NCBI RefSeq assembly: GCF_018398935.1
Contig: NZ_CP074694.1
Location: forward strand, 4,230,001 to 4,262,000
Source of the DNA: Telmatocola sphagniphila
GTDB taxonomy: Bacteria; Planctomycetota; Planctomycetia; Gemmatales; Gemmataceae
DNA length: 32,000 nucleotides
Reading direction: 5' to 3'
Both the position numbers and the translations under genes were made by a program. Below, piece by piece: positions 9,713 to 16,751 of the stretch. Numbering within the stretch: the first letter of the stretch is position 1; the number at the start of each line of letters is the position of its first letter. The notes under the pieces are model-generated. The model saw only the letters and a list, made by a program, of their open reading frames with translations. It was not told the origin of the DNA and searched no databases.

Positions 9713-9989
9713 GCTAGATGCCCCCGGATTCTCAAAGATGTTCTCGGGATGATCTACACAGTGGGGTGGGAAAAAGAATTCGCTTTGACTCGCTTTGAGC
9801 GGAATTCAAGGAATCCTCACAGTCGATTTGGCTTTCAAGGGAAAGCGAAAGGTTTTCACCTAACCAGAGGGATCGCGGATAGACTCAATTCTGAAAGACT
9901 GAAGAAGATTCGATGTCAAATTAAACTTGGCCTTTCTTTACTTGAGACATTGCTTAGGACTTCTTTGATGTAATTTTTTATTAATTCCC

Positions 9990-11033
9990 ATGAGTGCCAG
10001 TATGAACCTCACTCCTCGTCTCCGACGACGTCGTGCGTTTACATTGATCGAACTGTTGGTCGTTATCGCGATTATTGCAATTCTGATCGGATTGCTGCTC
10101 CCAGCCGTACAAAAAGTTCGCGAGGCCGCAGCCCGTATGGCTTGCTCGAACAATCTAAAGCAGCTTGGACTGGCCGCTTTGAATTACGAAAGCAGCTACG
10201 GGTTACTGCCCGCCAGCTTCACGGTGGATGCCACCCCCGGTCTCTCGGCGTATCCAGCCGTTGTGCACGGTTGGGGCATTTACTTCCTGCCCTACATCGA
10301 GCAGGGAAATATTTATTCCCAGTATAATTTCAAACAACCGTTCGTAGACACGCACTTTTCCAATAACGTTGCAGTAATTTCGAACTACATCAAGATCATG
10401 AACTGCCCATCCACGCCGCGCATGGGCACGACTTTCTCCGATACTTATGCAGGCTTCCCATTCAGTGCGAGCGTAGCCGACTATGCACCGGACGATGGTA
10501 TCAATGGCGGTTCTTCACTAACCAACTTCGGTTATCCTTCTACCGCTACTCTGCAAGTTGGCAGTGCGATGCGGCCCAATATCAAGGGCCCAGCCGCCAT
10601 CCTGGCGGCCTTTGGCGTGGTACAGAGCACCCAGAACACGATGCTGGCCGTGACCGACGGAACTTCGAACACAATTCTGTTAAGCGAAGATGCCGGACGC
10701 CCCACGCATTATGTAAACGGCCAATTGATCCCTAATTCCACCTCCAATGGATTCGGTTGGGGTGATTTGCAATCTGAATATGGTCTGGACGGGACCAACC
10801 CGGTCATGGGATCGAATGGCTATTGGCAGGACATTCAACCCGGAAGTTGCGTGATCAACTGCTCGAACGATAACGAAACTTATTCTTTTCACACCGGAGG
10901 GGCCAATCACGTGATGTCGGATGGCTCTGTGCAATTCATCAAGCAGTCGATTGCTCCCCGCGTTTATGCTGCTTTGGTGACGGCCGCTGGTGGCGGGTTG
11001 ATTCCCGAAGAGACCAGCCCAAGTCCCAACTAA
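9990..11033 (+). CDS. DUF1559 / H-X9-DG protein with a prepilin-type N-terminal domain
   Basis: It has [57 protein letters not shown] and a C-terminal [16 protein letters not shown]. An alternative ATG lies at 10002. Confidence 0.85.
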   Translation: MSASMNLTPRLRRRRAFTLIELLVVIAIIAILIGLLLPAVQKVREAAARMACSNNLKQLGLAALNYESSYGLLPASFTVDATPGLSAYPAVVHGWGIYFLPYIEQGNIYSQYNFKQPFVDTHFSNNVAVISNYIKIMNCPSTPRMGTTFSDTYAGFPFSASVADYAPDDGINGGSSLTNFGYPSTATLQVGSAMRPNIKGPAAILAAFGVVQSTQNTMLAVTDGTSNTILLSEDAGRPTHYVNGQLIPNSTSNGFGWGDLQSEYGLDGTNPVMGSNGYWQDIQPGSCVINCSNDNETYSFHTGGANHVMSDGSVQFIKQSIAPRVYAALVTAAGGGLIPEETSPSPN

Positions 11034-11072
11034 TTTCTTTAAAGTTCAAACTTCGAGTTGAAGAACAGAAAA

Positions 11073-11519
11073 ATGATTAAGCTTCGATGTATCTCATTGG
11101 TCTGTCTATTTTGGGCGATGGTCGGTTGCGATGGCCCGCCCAAATTCGCCCCGGCCATTCCCGTGAAAGGGGAAGTTTTCTTCAAGAAGACGACTCCGGC
11201 GGATGGGGCATTCATTGTCTTTCAGCCGAAGTCCCCCGAATTGATGAAATCCATGGGAGGTCGGGCGCCGTCGGCCCATGTTAGAGAAGACGGATCTTAC
11301 GAGTTGACAACCTACATGGATAAAGATGGGGCTCCCGAGGGAGAGTACAATGTTACCATCGTTTGGGAGAAGGCTCCCAAAGAGGCCAAAATGGTAATCA
11401 ACGATCGAGGTGCCGGTCCCGATCGACTCCAGGGCAAATACGGGAATCCTTCGGCTCCCAAATTGTCTGCAAAAGTCGAAGCGGGTAAAAGCAACAGTTT
11501 CCGCTTCGAAGTCGAGTAG
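11073..11519 (+). CDS. Small lipoprotein, probably a carboxypeptidase-regulatory-like beta-sandwich, paired with the upstream DUF1559 gene
   Basis: MIKLRCISLVCLFWAMVGC-DG is a signal peptide with a lipobox Cys. The body is beta-rich (VKGEVFF..DGAFIVFQP..DGSYELTTY..GEYNVTIVWE..SFRFEVE). It starts 40 nt after the DUF1559 stop. The ORF track begins at TTG 11058; I prefer ATG 11073. Confidence 0.65.
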   Translation: MIKLRCISLVCLFWAMVGCDGPPKFAPAIPVKGEVFFKKTTPADGAFIVFQPKSPELMKSMGGRAPSAHVREDGSYELTTYMDKDGAPEGEYNVTIVWEKAPKEAKMVINDRGAGPDRLQGKYGNPSAPKLSAKVEAGKSNSFRFEVE

Positions 11520-11550
11520 AGCCTGTTTCTCCAAACGCTTCAAATTCTCT

Positions 11551-11582
11551 GAATTGCGGCTGCCAACTTGCAGCGGCAATTC
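11551..11582 (+). terminator. Candidate intrinsic terminator after the DUF1559-lipoprotein pair
   Basis: gaattgcggctgc-caactt-gcagcggcaattc forms a stem of 12 base pairs interrupted by one g-g mismatch, with a 6-nt loop, about 30 nt after the stop. It is followed by a pyrimidine-rich ttcccttc, which is not a clean U-run. Confidence 0.45.
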
Positions 11583-11606
11583 TTCCCTTCGCGAATTCCA
11601 TTCATC

Positions 11607-11635
11607 TTGACAGTTTTTACCCCTTCTGCGAATCT
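11607..11635 (+). promoter_or_regulatory. Possible sigma70-type promoter for the GT2 gene
   Basis: TTGACA (11607-11612) is followed by a 17-nt spacer and GAATCT (11630-11635, a weak -10). An AAGGAG Shine-Dalgarno at 11651-11656 sits 7 nt before ATG 11664. Confidence 0.3.
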
Positions 11636-11663
11636 GCGTCATTCGATCGGAAGGAGCCGAAGA

Positions 11664-12473
11664 ATGATGGTTTCTCTAAGAACGCAACGCTCGCTGAGCC
11701 TGGTTATGCCCGCGTACAACGAGGAAGCGGTAATCGAATTGGCCGTGCGGGAAGCCGACGAAGCTCTTTCCACTTTAGGGATCGCCTACGAAATCATCGT
11801 TGTGGACGACGGCAGCCGGGATGCGACCGCCGCGATCGTGACCGATCTCGAATTTCCGAATGTTTTCCTGGTTCGCCACGAGACTAACCGGGGTTACGGC
11901 GCCGCCTTGCGGACCGGGTTCGAATCGGCACGGGCCGATTGGGTGGCTTTCACCGATGCTGATGGCCAGTTCCACCTGGAAGACTTGGCGCTGTTGTTTG
12001 AAAAAACCGATACCGATTCCATTGTCGTCGGCTACCGCATTGACAGGCAGGATCCCTGGCAGAGACGCTTCTATTCCTGGGGCTACAACAAACTGATTCG
12101 CCTGATGCTGAAAACCGGCGTTCGAGATTGCGATTGTGCTTTGAAGCTGTTCCGCCGCGATGTCCTCATGGATATTTTACCGACTACTCGCGGATTCTTC
12201 GTAAATGCGGAGATGATCTGCCGGGCTCGGGCTCTCGGGGTCAGCATCGGTCAGGCAGGCGTCCGGCATCGGCAGCGTCGTAAAGGGGAAAGTAAAGTCT
12301 CCCTAATGGATATTCCCCGGACGCTGCGCCAATTGATTCCCTTCTGGTGGTCCCAGCGCGTTACTCCTCAACCGGTTTATCAAGTTACCCATGCCGTTTA
12401 CAATTTGGGCTACCCCGCTTTGCGGGCTCCGCTGCATCAGCCCAAAAGCGAGCCGCAAAAACGTGCCGCCTGA
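11664..12473 (+). CDS. Family 2 glycosyltransferase (dolichyl-phosphate mannose synthase-like)
   Basis: It has LSLVMPAYNEE, IIVVDDGSRDAT, NRGYGAALRTGF and FTDADGQF. I chose ATG 11664 because of the AAGGAG Shine-Dalgarno; the ORF-track start at 11568 adds 32 non-homologous residues. Confidence 0.85.
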   Translation: MMVSLRTQRSLSLVMPAYNEEAVIELAVREADEALSTLGIAYEIIVVDDGSRDATAAIVTDLEFPNVFLVRHETNRGYGAALRTGFESARADWVAFTDADGQFHLEDLALLFEKTDTDSIVVGYRIDRQDPWQRRFYSWGYNKLIRLMLKTGVRDCDCALKLFRRDVLMDILPTTRGFFVNAEMICRARALGVSIGQAGVRHRQRRKGESKVSLMDIPRTLRQLIPFWWSQRVTPQPVYQVTHAVYNLGYPALRAPLHQPKSEPQKRAA

Positions 12474-12524
12474 GCGTCTTCCTGCTTGTAATCCCCTGCC
12501 GGATCGTGTCTACTGATAGGCGCG

Positions 12525-13823
12525 ATGAAGAACTTTTTCGATCCCATGAATTTGAATTGGGAAGCCCGGTTGAATGTCACTGTAGAAGTGATGAAGGAAC
12601 TGAGCTGCGCACGCGATCCGCAGGCGATGAATCAGGTTTACGCCCGCCGGATGAGCCAGCTTTTCCCGACCGATCGGATCATTTCACTCAGCCGCCGCGG
12701 CCTCAATCCTCCCGCGGTGAAAGTCACCCGCTACAACCTCTGGCCGAACATCGTCAATCCCTGGAAAGAGAACGGTAAATTACCGATCATCGAAGGCGGT
12801 TTCTTCGGCGAGTTGATTTACAACAACGCTCCCGTCATCATCGACGAATTGAAAATCCCTCCGGATGACCCGGCGGCGGAGTATCTCGAGAATCAGCAAT
12901 CTCTGCTCGCAATCCCCCAGTACGATCAGGGGGAGGCTCTTAACATGGTCATTGCAACTCGGGAAATGCCGTTTGCTTTCCCGCACGAGCGATTTCCCGA
13001 TCTGGTCTGGATGAGTAACCTGTTTGGCCGGGCGACCCAGACAAGCGTGCTGACGGAGAAATTGCAAGAAGCCAAGGCCGCCAGTGACTTTGAGATTCAG
13101 ACGATTGGGCGAATGCAACATGCTTTGCTCCAAACGAATCTCCCCAAGATTCCCACACTCGATCTGGCCGTCCACTACCAGACTTCCTCGAAGGCCGGCG
13201 GCGATTACTACGATGTCTTTCCACTCCCCAAAGATCGCTGGGGCATTCTGATCGCGGATGTCAGTGGCCATGGCACATCGGCAGCGGTTCTCATGGCCGT
13301 GGTCCATTCTCTGGCAAAAACCTACACGGGGCCGCCGTGGCCCACTGGCTTGCTACTTTCATCGCTGAACCAACACCTGGCCCGGCATTTCACGCGGCCG
13401 TTCGGCTCTTTCGTGACGGCTTTTCATGCGGTCTACGATCCGAACCAGGGCACGCTGCACTACGCGAATGCCGGGCATATTCCGCCCCGACTTTTTCGCT
13501 GTTCAACGCAGGAACGGCTGGAATTGGGGAGTACACCCCGCTTGCCTCTGGGAATCACCGAAAAGGCGGAATACCCGGAACAGATCGTGGAGTTAACGCC
13601 GGGCGATCAGGTGTTGTTCTTCACCGATGGAGTGATTGAAGCGACCAATTCCAACGGGGATTACTTCGGTATTGAAGGGATTGATAACGCTTTGTCGTCC
13701 TGTCCTGTGGGCGCTCAGGCGATGTTGGATTCGGTTTTAAAGGATCTGGCGGCGTTTACCAATGATGCCCCGCCCAGCGATGACCGCACGCTTCTGGCCG
13801 CCAAGTTCATGCGGTTGACCTGA
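12525..13823 (+). CDS. SpoIIE/PP2C-family serine phosphatase with an N-terminal sensor-like domain (possibly GAF-like)
   Basis: The C-terminal half has GGDYYDVFPL..WGILIADVSGHGTSAAVLMA, YANAGHIPP, LFFTDGVIEA and DDRTLL, the SpoIIE-type PP2C motifs. I cannot assign the N-terminal ~190 aa with confidence. Confidence 0.85.
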   Translation: MKNFFDPMNLNWEARLNVTVEVMKELSCARDPQAMNQVYARRMSQLFPTDRIISLSRRGLNPPAVKVTRYNLWPNIVNPWKENGKLPIIEGGFFGELIYNNAPVIIDELKIPPDDPAAEYLENQQSLLAIPQYDQGEALNMVIATREMPFAFPHERFPDLVWMSNLFGRATQTSVLTEKLQEAKAASDFEIQTIGRMQHALLQTNLPKIPTLDLAVHYQTSSKAGGDYYDVFPLPKDRWGILIADVSGHGTSAAVLMAVVHSLAKTYTGPPWPTGLLLSSLNQHLARHFTRPFGSFVTAFHAVYDPNQGTLHYANAGHIPPRLFRCSTQERLELGSTPRLPLGITEKAEYPEQIVELTPGDQVLFFTDGVIEATNSNGDYFGIEGIDNALSSCPVGAQAMLDSVLKDLAAFTNDAPPSDDRTLLAAKFMRLT

Positions 13824-13829
13824 AGATTC

Positions 13830-14780
13830 TCAGGGGGCTTCCCAGCGGACGGGAACTTTAATCGTTCGCGGTAGCGGGTCTTTAATCTGAATTTGCAATT
13901 CGGTTTCACCCGTTTTTAAATTCTCGGTTTCCAGGGTCACTTTCACACTCGCGTACCCTTCGGCGAGCGCGAATTTGGTTTGCAAATTGGGCAGTTCGCA
14001 TTCGATTTTGTCGATTTCGAATTTTTTGCCTTCCTCCCTCGCCCGCAGCAGCAGGCGTCCGACGACGGCCTTCTGGCCCTGAACCCAACGAAGCGTCAAT
14101 TTCTCCGGCTGGACTGCAATGCTGTTGGCCGCGTTTTTAACCAGCCGTATGGGAATCTTCAATTCGGGATAATCGGGATCCTGAGTATCGAGAAGGAGAA
14201 TATCGGAATACTCCCCCACGGGCATATTGGCCTTGGTTTTGAGCTCGATGGTCTGTGTCCCGGAAGCGTCGATGAGCCCGATATGAGTTTCCAGAAAAGT
14301 GAGGCTGGTGCGAACGGCTCGTACCGCTTTGGGTTGAGCTCTCCGGTCGTGGAGAACAATTTTGGTTTCAAATGTCGATTCAAAATTCCCGGCAATCTGC
14401 ACTGGCGTGATTTCAAGTTCCCGGGTCAATTGAGCCGTGAAAAGGATCTCCTTTTCGTAGCTGTTCCCCGACTGAGAATACTGGACCGTAGCTTTCCATT
14501 GATTTGGGCCGGAGTTCTGGGTGATGGTATTCAGAGAAAATTCGAGAGTCGTCGATTGACCCGCCGGCAGCTTTTTCTGCCCGATCTTTGGCTGTTGGCA
14601 GCCGCAAACCGTGACAATATTGGTGATTTCTACCGAGTCGGCCGAGTCGTTTTTCAACTGAATAGTTTTTCGCAGAATCGTGCCCGTCTTGACGGCCCCA
14701 AAATCGTGCCTTGTGGTGTCGAAGGTCAGTGGCGGGTTCGCCTGGGTTAGAAACAGCCAGAATAGTAGGTTAGCAATCAT
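13830..14780 (-). CDS. Secreted DUF1573 domain protein
   Basis: It has an N-terminal signal-like MIANLLFWLFLTQA. HDFGAVKTGTILRKTIQLKNDSADSVEITNIVTVCGCQQP matches the DUF1573 pattern (DFG...N.G...I..V..sCGC). The rest is beta-rich. Confidence 0.75.
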   Translation of the reverse strand: MIANLLFWLFLTQANPPLTFDTTRHDFGAVKTGTILRKTIQLKNDSADSVEITNIVTVCGCQQPKIGQKKLPAGQSTTLEFSLNTITQNSGPNQWKATVQYSQSGNSYEKEILFTAQLTRELEITPVQIAGNFESTFETKIVLHDRRAQPKAVRAVRTSLTFLETHIGLIDASGTQTIELKTKANMPVGEYSDILLLDTQDPDYPELKIPIRLVKNAANSIAVQPEKLTLRWVQGQKAVVGRLLLRAREEGKKFEIDKIECELPNLQTKFALAEGYASVKVTLETENLKTGETELQIQIKDPLPRTIKVPVRWEAP

Positions 14781-15033
14781 TCACTAGAAATAATCCCCCG
14801 CATCCGGATGTGCAAGGCGAGCTTAAAGCTTCTCGGGACGGAATTTGGCAGAAATTTATCAAACGATGGCGGTTTTTGCCCCGTTTGAATATTTGCAGTC
14901 GCTCCCCGGGGCCTTTTGGGCGACATTCAAAAATATTTTGGAAAATATCGCATTCCGCGCGAACCTGAAGCTTTTCAAAAGCATCTCAGGGGTATCGTTA
15001 CCCGGTGAATTGGGAAAATTTTCGACGAAATGT

Positions 15034-15073
15034 CGCAAGATTTGAATCTTGCGGCGTTATAATCTTGAAGATT
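15034..15073. promoter_or_regulatory. Array of four AAGATT/AATCTT half-sites (two inverted repeats) overlapping a TATAAT box; candidate operator and promoter
   Basis: The sequence reads cgcAAGATTtgAATCTTgcg (15034-15053, 9-bp arms), then gcgttat, then AATCTTgAAGATT (15061-15073, 6-bp arms). TATAAT at 15058-15063 overlaps the second palindrome. I saw no well-spaced -35; TTGAAT at 15042-15047 is only 10 nt upstream. Confidence 0.4.
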
Positions 15074-15154
15074 CCCGCGCCTCAAGGTGCGAGGTATTTT
15101 TTTGTTCGAGGAAGAGAGCACTCTCTTCACTCCTTGTTTACTGGAGGATTATCC

Positions 15155-15580
15155 ATGGCGATCATCAACCAAAACGCGGCGATCAATCTGCAAGCCAATC
15201 TGGCCCTGCGGAATCGTAACGTCGTTGTCGGTATGATGGGTCAGGACTCCTCCAGCCTGTCTCATTGGCGACTTCTGTCGCCACATATGCCGGAGACGAT
15301 TTATTCGAGTGAGCTACCCACTAAACGCAGTGGGAAACCCACACGAGTCGGTCGACTCGCAGACGCATGTGATGTTGGTTGTGCCGGGCGTTCGTTTACC
15401 GTACCGATCCCAGCAGGTGATAGGACGAGTTTTACGAACAGGACCGTAGTAGGGACGTCCCGTTTAGACCGCTCAGTGGATTATCGCGATTGCCAATCGA
15501 ACGATACTCCCGGTCAAAAACAGGGACAATTGCAAGGTAACTTGCAAGTCTCGATAACGGCCCCAGACCAGGGCAGATAA
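15155..15580 (+). CDS. Doubtful 141-aa ORF with a flagellin-like N-terminal ~35 aa and an unrecognisable remainder; could be a gene remnant or non-coding
   Basis: GGAGG (15143-15147) lies 7 nt before ATG 15155. The product starts MAIINQNAAINLQANLALRNRNVVVGMMGQDSSSLS. The remainder is R/S/T/G-rich with no motif I recognise. The ORF-track start at 15005 lies upstream of the putative promoter. Confidence 0.3.
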   Translation: MAIINQNAAINLQANLALRNRNVVVGMMGQDSSSLSHWRLLSPHMPETIYSSELPTKRSGKPTRVGRLADACDVGCAGRSFTVPIPAGDRTSFTNRTVVGTSRLDRSVDYRDCQSNDTPGQKQGQLQGNLQVSITAPDQGR

Positions 15581-16064
15581 GGAACGGCGTTATAGACATC
15601 ATCTACTAAATTTGGTCCTCACTGACCTGGGCGAAGGCTTCTGACGAAGCGAAGAACCCTTTCAGACAAGTACCATTCGATGGGGATGATAGGTCGATAA
15701 CGCGACCCCGACAACCGACTACGATTCCCGATTGGAATTGCGTGAATTGCTGAAAACAGCCGATTTCACCGGTCCGCCTGCCTCCGCAAGCAACCGCTGA
15801 ATACTCTCGTTTCTCCGCACTTCACAACGGCTTCCGGACCTCGGCATTTGCGCCGAAATCCGATAGCCAACCGCCGATGACACCCGCATTCATCACACTG
15901 CCGGGATAGCTGCTTCGTAGAGCGAAGCGAGCTGATGAATCCCGCAATAAGGCAGGGAATGCTCCGGTGCAGGTCCAGTGCTTTCTTCCGCTATTTGATC
16001 CGGGAAGGAAGGACTGATCCCGTCTGGCGGTCCAAACAAAATTCATGGATCGAGACAGGAAATA

Positions 16065-16688
16065 ATGATGAGCTGGACGGAAGTGACGGAACTGGTGCTG
16101 AAAGCACAAAATGGCGACCGAGCAGCGTACGGAACGCTGGTGGAACGCTTCCAGGGCGTGGTCTTCGCCACGGCGATGACCCGCGTTCAGGACACCAATG
16201 AGGCTCAGGAACTGACCCAGGAAGTGTTCGTGCATGGTATGCGAAAGCTGCCACAGTTGCGCGACCCGCGCTGCTTCGCGGGTTGGCTGCGTCGAATCGC
16301 GGCACGCATGGCCATCAACCGCCTGACCCGGAAGGGGCTGGTGCGTGGTAGCGAACCGGAGTTTCTCGATTCGGTTCCCGGCCGGAGCGAATCTCCCCTG
16401 GAATCGATCGAACGGTCGGAAGCCAAGGAAGAACTGCGGGAAGGCCTGAAGCAGCTGAAGCCGCTCGATCGGGAGACGCTGGAAGCCTTCTACCTGCGCG
16501 GCCGGTCGCTCAAGCAGATGAGCCGGGAATTCGAAACTCCCGTGGGAACGATCAAACGTCGGCTCCACGTGGCTCGCCTGCGACTGAAGGATGTCCTGGA
16601 GGATGGCCGGCAGGACACTCCGAATGAAAACATCCCGGCGAACCGCCCGCGCCGGATCTCCAGTAAGCAAAAAGCGTTAGCCGTTTAA
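16065..16688 (+). CDS. ECF-type RNA polymerase sigma-70 family factor
   Basis: Region 2 is AYGTLVERFQGVVFATAMTRVQDTNEAQELTQEVFVHGMRKL...FAGWLRRIAARMAINRL. Region 4 is LKPLDRETLEAFYLRGRSLKQMSREFETPVGTIKRRLHVARLRLKDVL. Confidence 0.9.
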   Translation: MMSWTEVTELVLKAQNGDRAAYGTLVERFQGVVFATAMTRVQDTNEAQELTQEVFVHGMRKLPQLRDPRCFAGWLRRIAARMAINRLTRKGLVRGSEPEFLDSVPGRSESPLESIERSEAKEELREGLKQLKPLDRETLEAFYLRGRSLKQMSREFETPVGTIKRRLHVARLRLKDVLEDGRQDTPNENIPANRPRRISSKQKALAV

Positions 16689-16691
16689 AGG

Positions 16692-16720
16692 AAAAGGACG
16701 AGGGAATACCTCGTCCTTTT
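16692..16720. terminator. Bidirectional intrinsic terminator between convergent genes
   Basis: aaaaggacgagg-gaata-cctcgtcctttt is a perfect 12-bp stem with a 5-nt loop. It has an A-run on one side and a T-run on the other, and starts 4 nt after the sigma stop and about 30 nt from the LysM gene stop. Confidence 0.8.
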
Positions 16721-16751
16721 CGCGTTAATTCACTTTTCGATAGCCCCCTTA

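Noticed and set aside
13980-14750. A 256-aa plus-strand ORF lies opposite the DUF1573 gene. Similar long shadows are 20698..21474 (-), 22260..23060 (+), 25152..25841 (+) and 12780..13307 (-).
   Set aside because: In each case the opposite strand carries the ORF with recognisable motifs, a signal peptide and sensible gene boundaries. These have none.
15005-15154. An upstream extension of the 15155 ORF (MNWENFRRNVARF...).
   Set aside because: It starts at a non-ATG codon and reads through the palindrome array, the TATAAT box and the 5' hairpin. The GGAGG Shine-Dalgarno serves ATG 15155.
15155-15580. Calling this ORF a flagellin gene (fliC).
   Set aside because: Only about 36 N-terminal residues resemble flagellin. 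The RLSSGLRIN/DDAAG box and the conserved C-terminal helix are absent in all three frames that I translated by eye, and the length of 141 aa is far too short.
14781-16064. Looking for an RNase P RNA, tmRNA, SRP RNA, 6S RNA or a riboswitch in the ORF-poor gap.
   Set aside because: I searched both strands by eye for GAGGAAAGTCC and ACAGAA-type RNase P boxes, a tRNA-like GGTTCGA(A/T)TCC...CCA 3' end, and common riboswitch cores, and found none. This does not exclude an unknown RNA; see the findings.
15822-16670. A 282-aa minus-strand ORF covers the ECF sigma locus.
   Set aside because: It is antisense to a sigma gene with clear region 2 and region 4 motifs. Its product is Arg/Ala/Pro-rich with no motifs. 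It is a typical shadow ORF.
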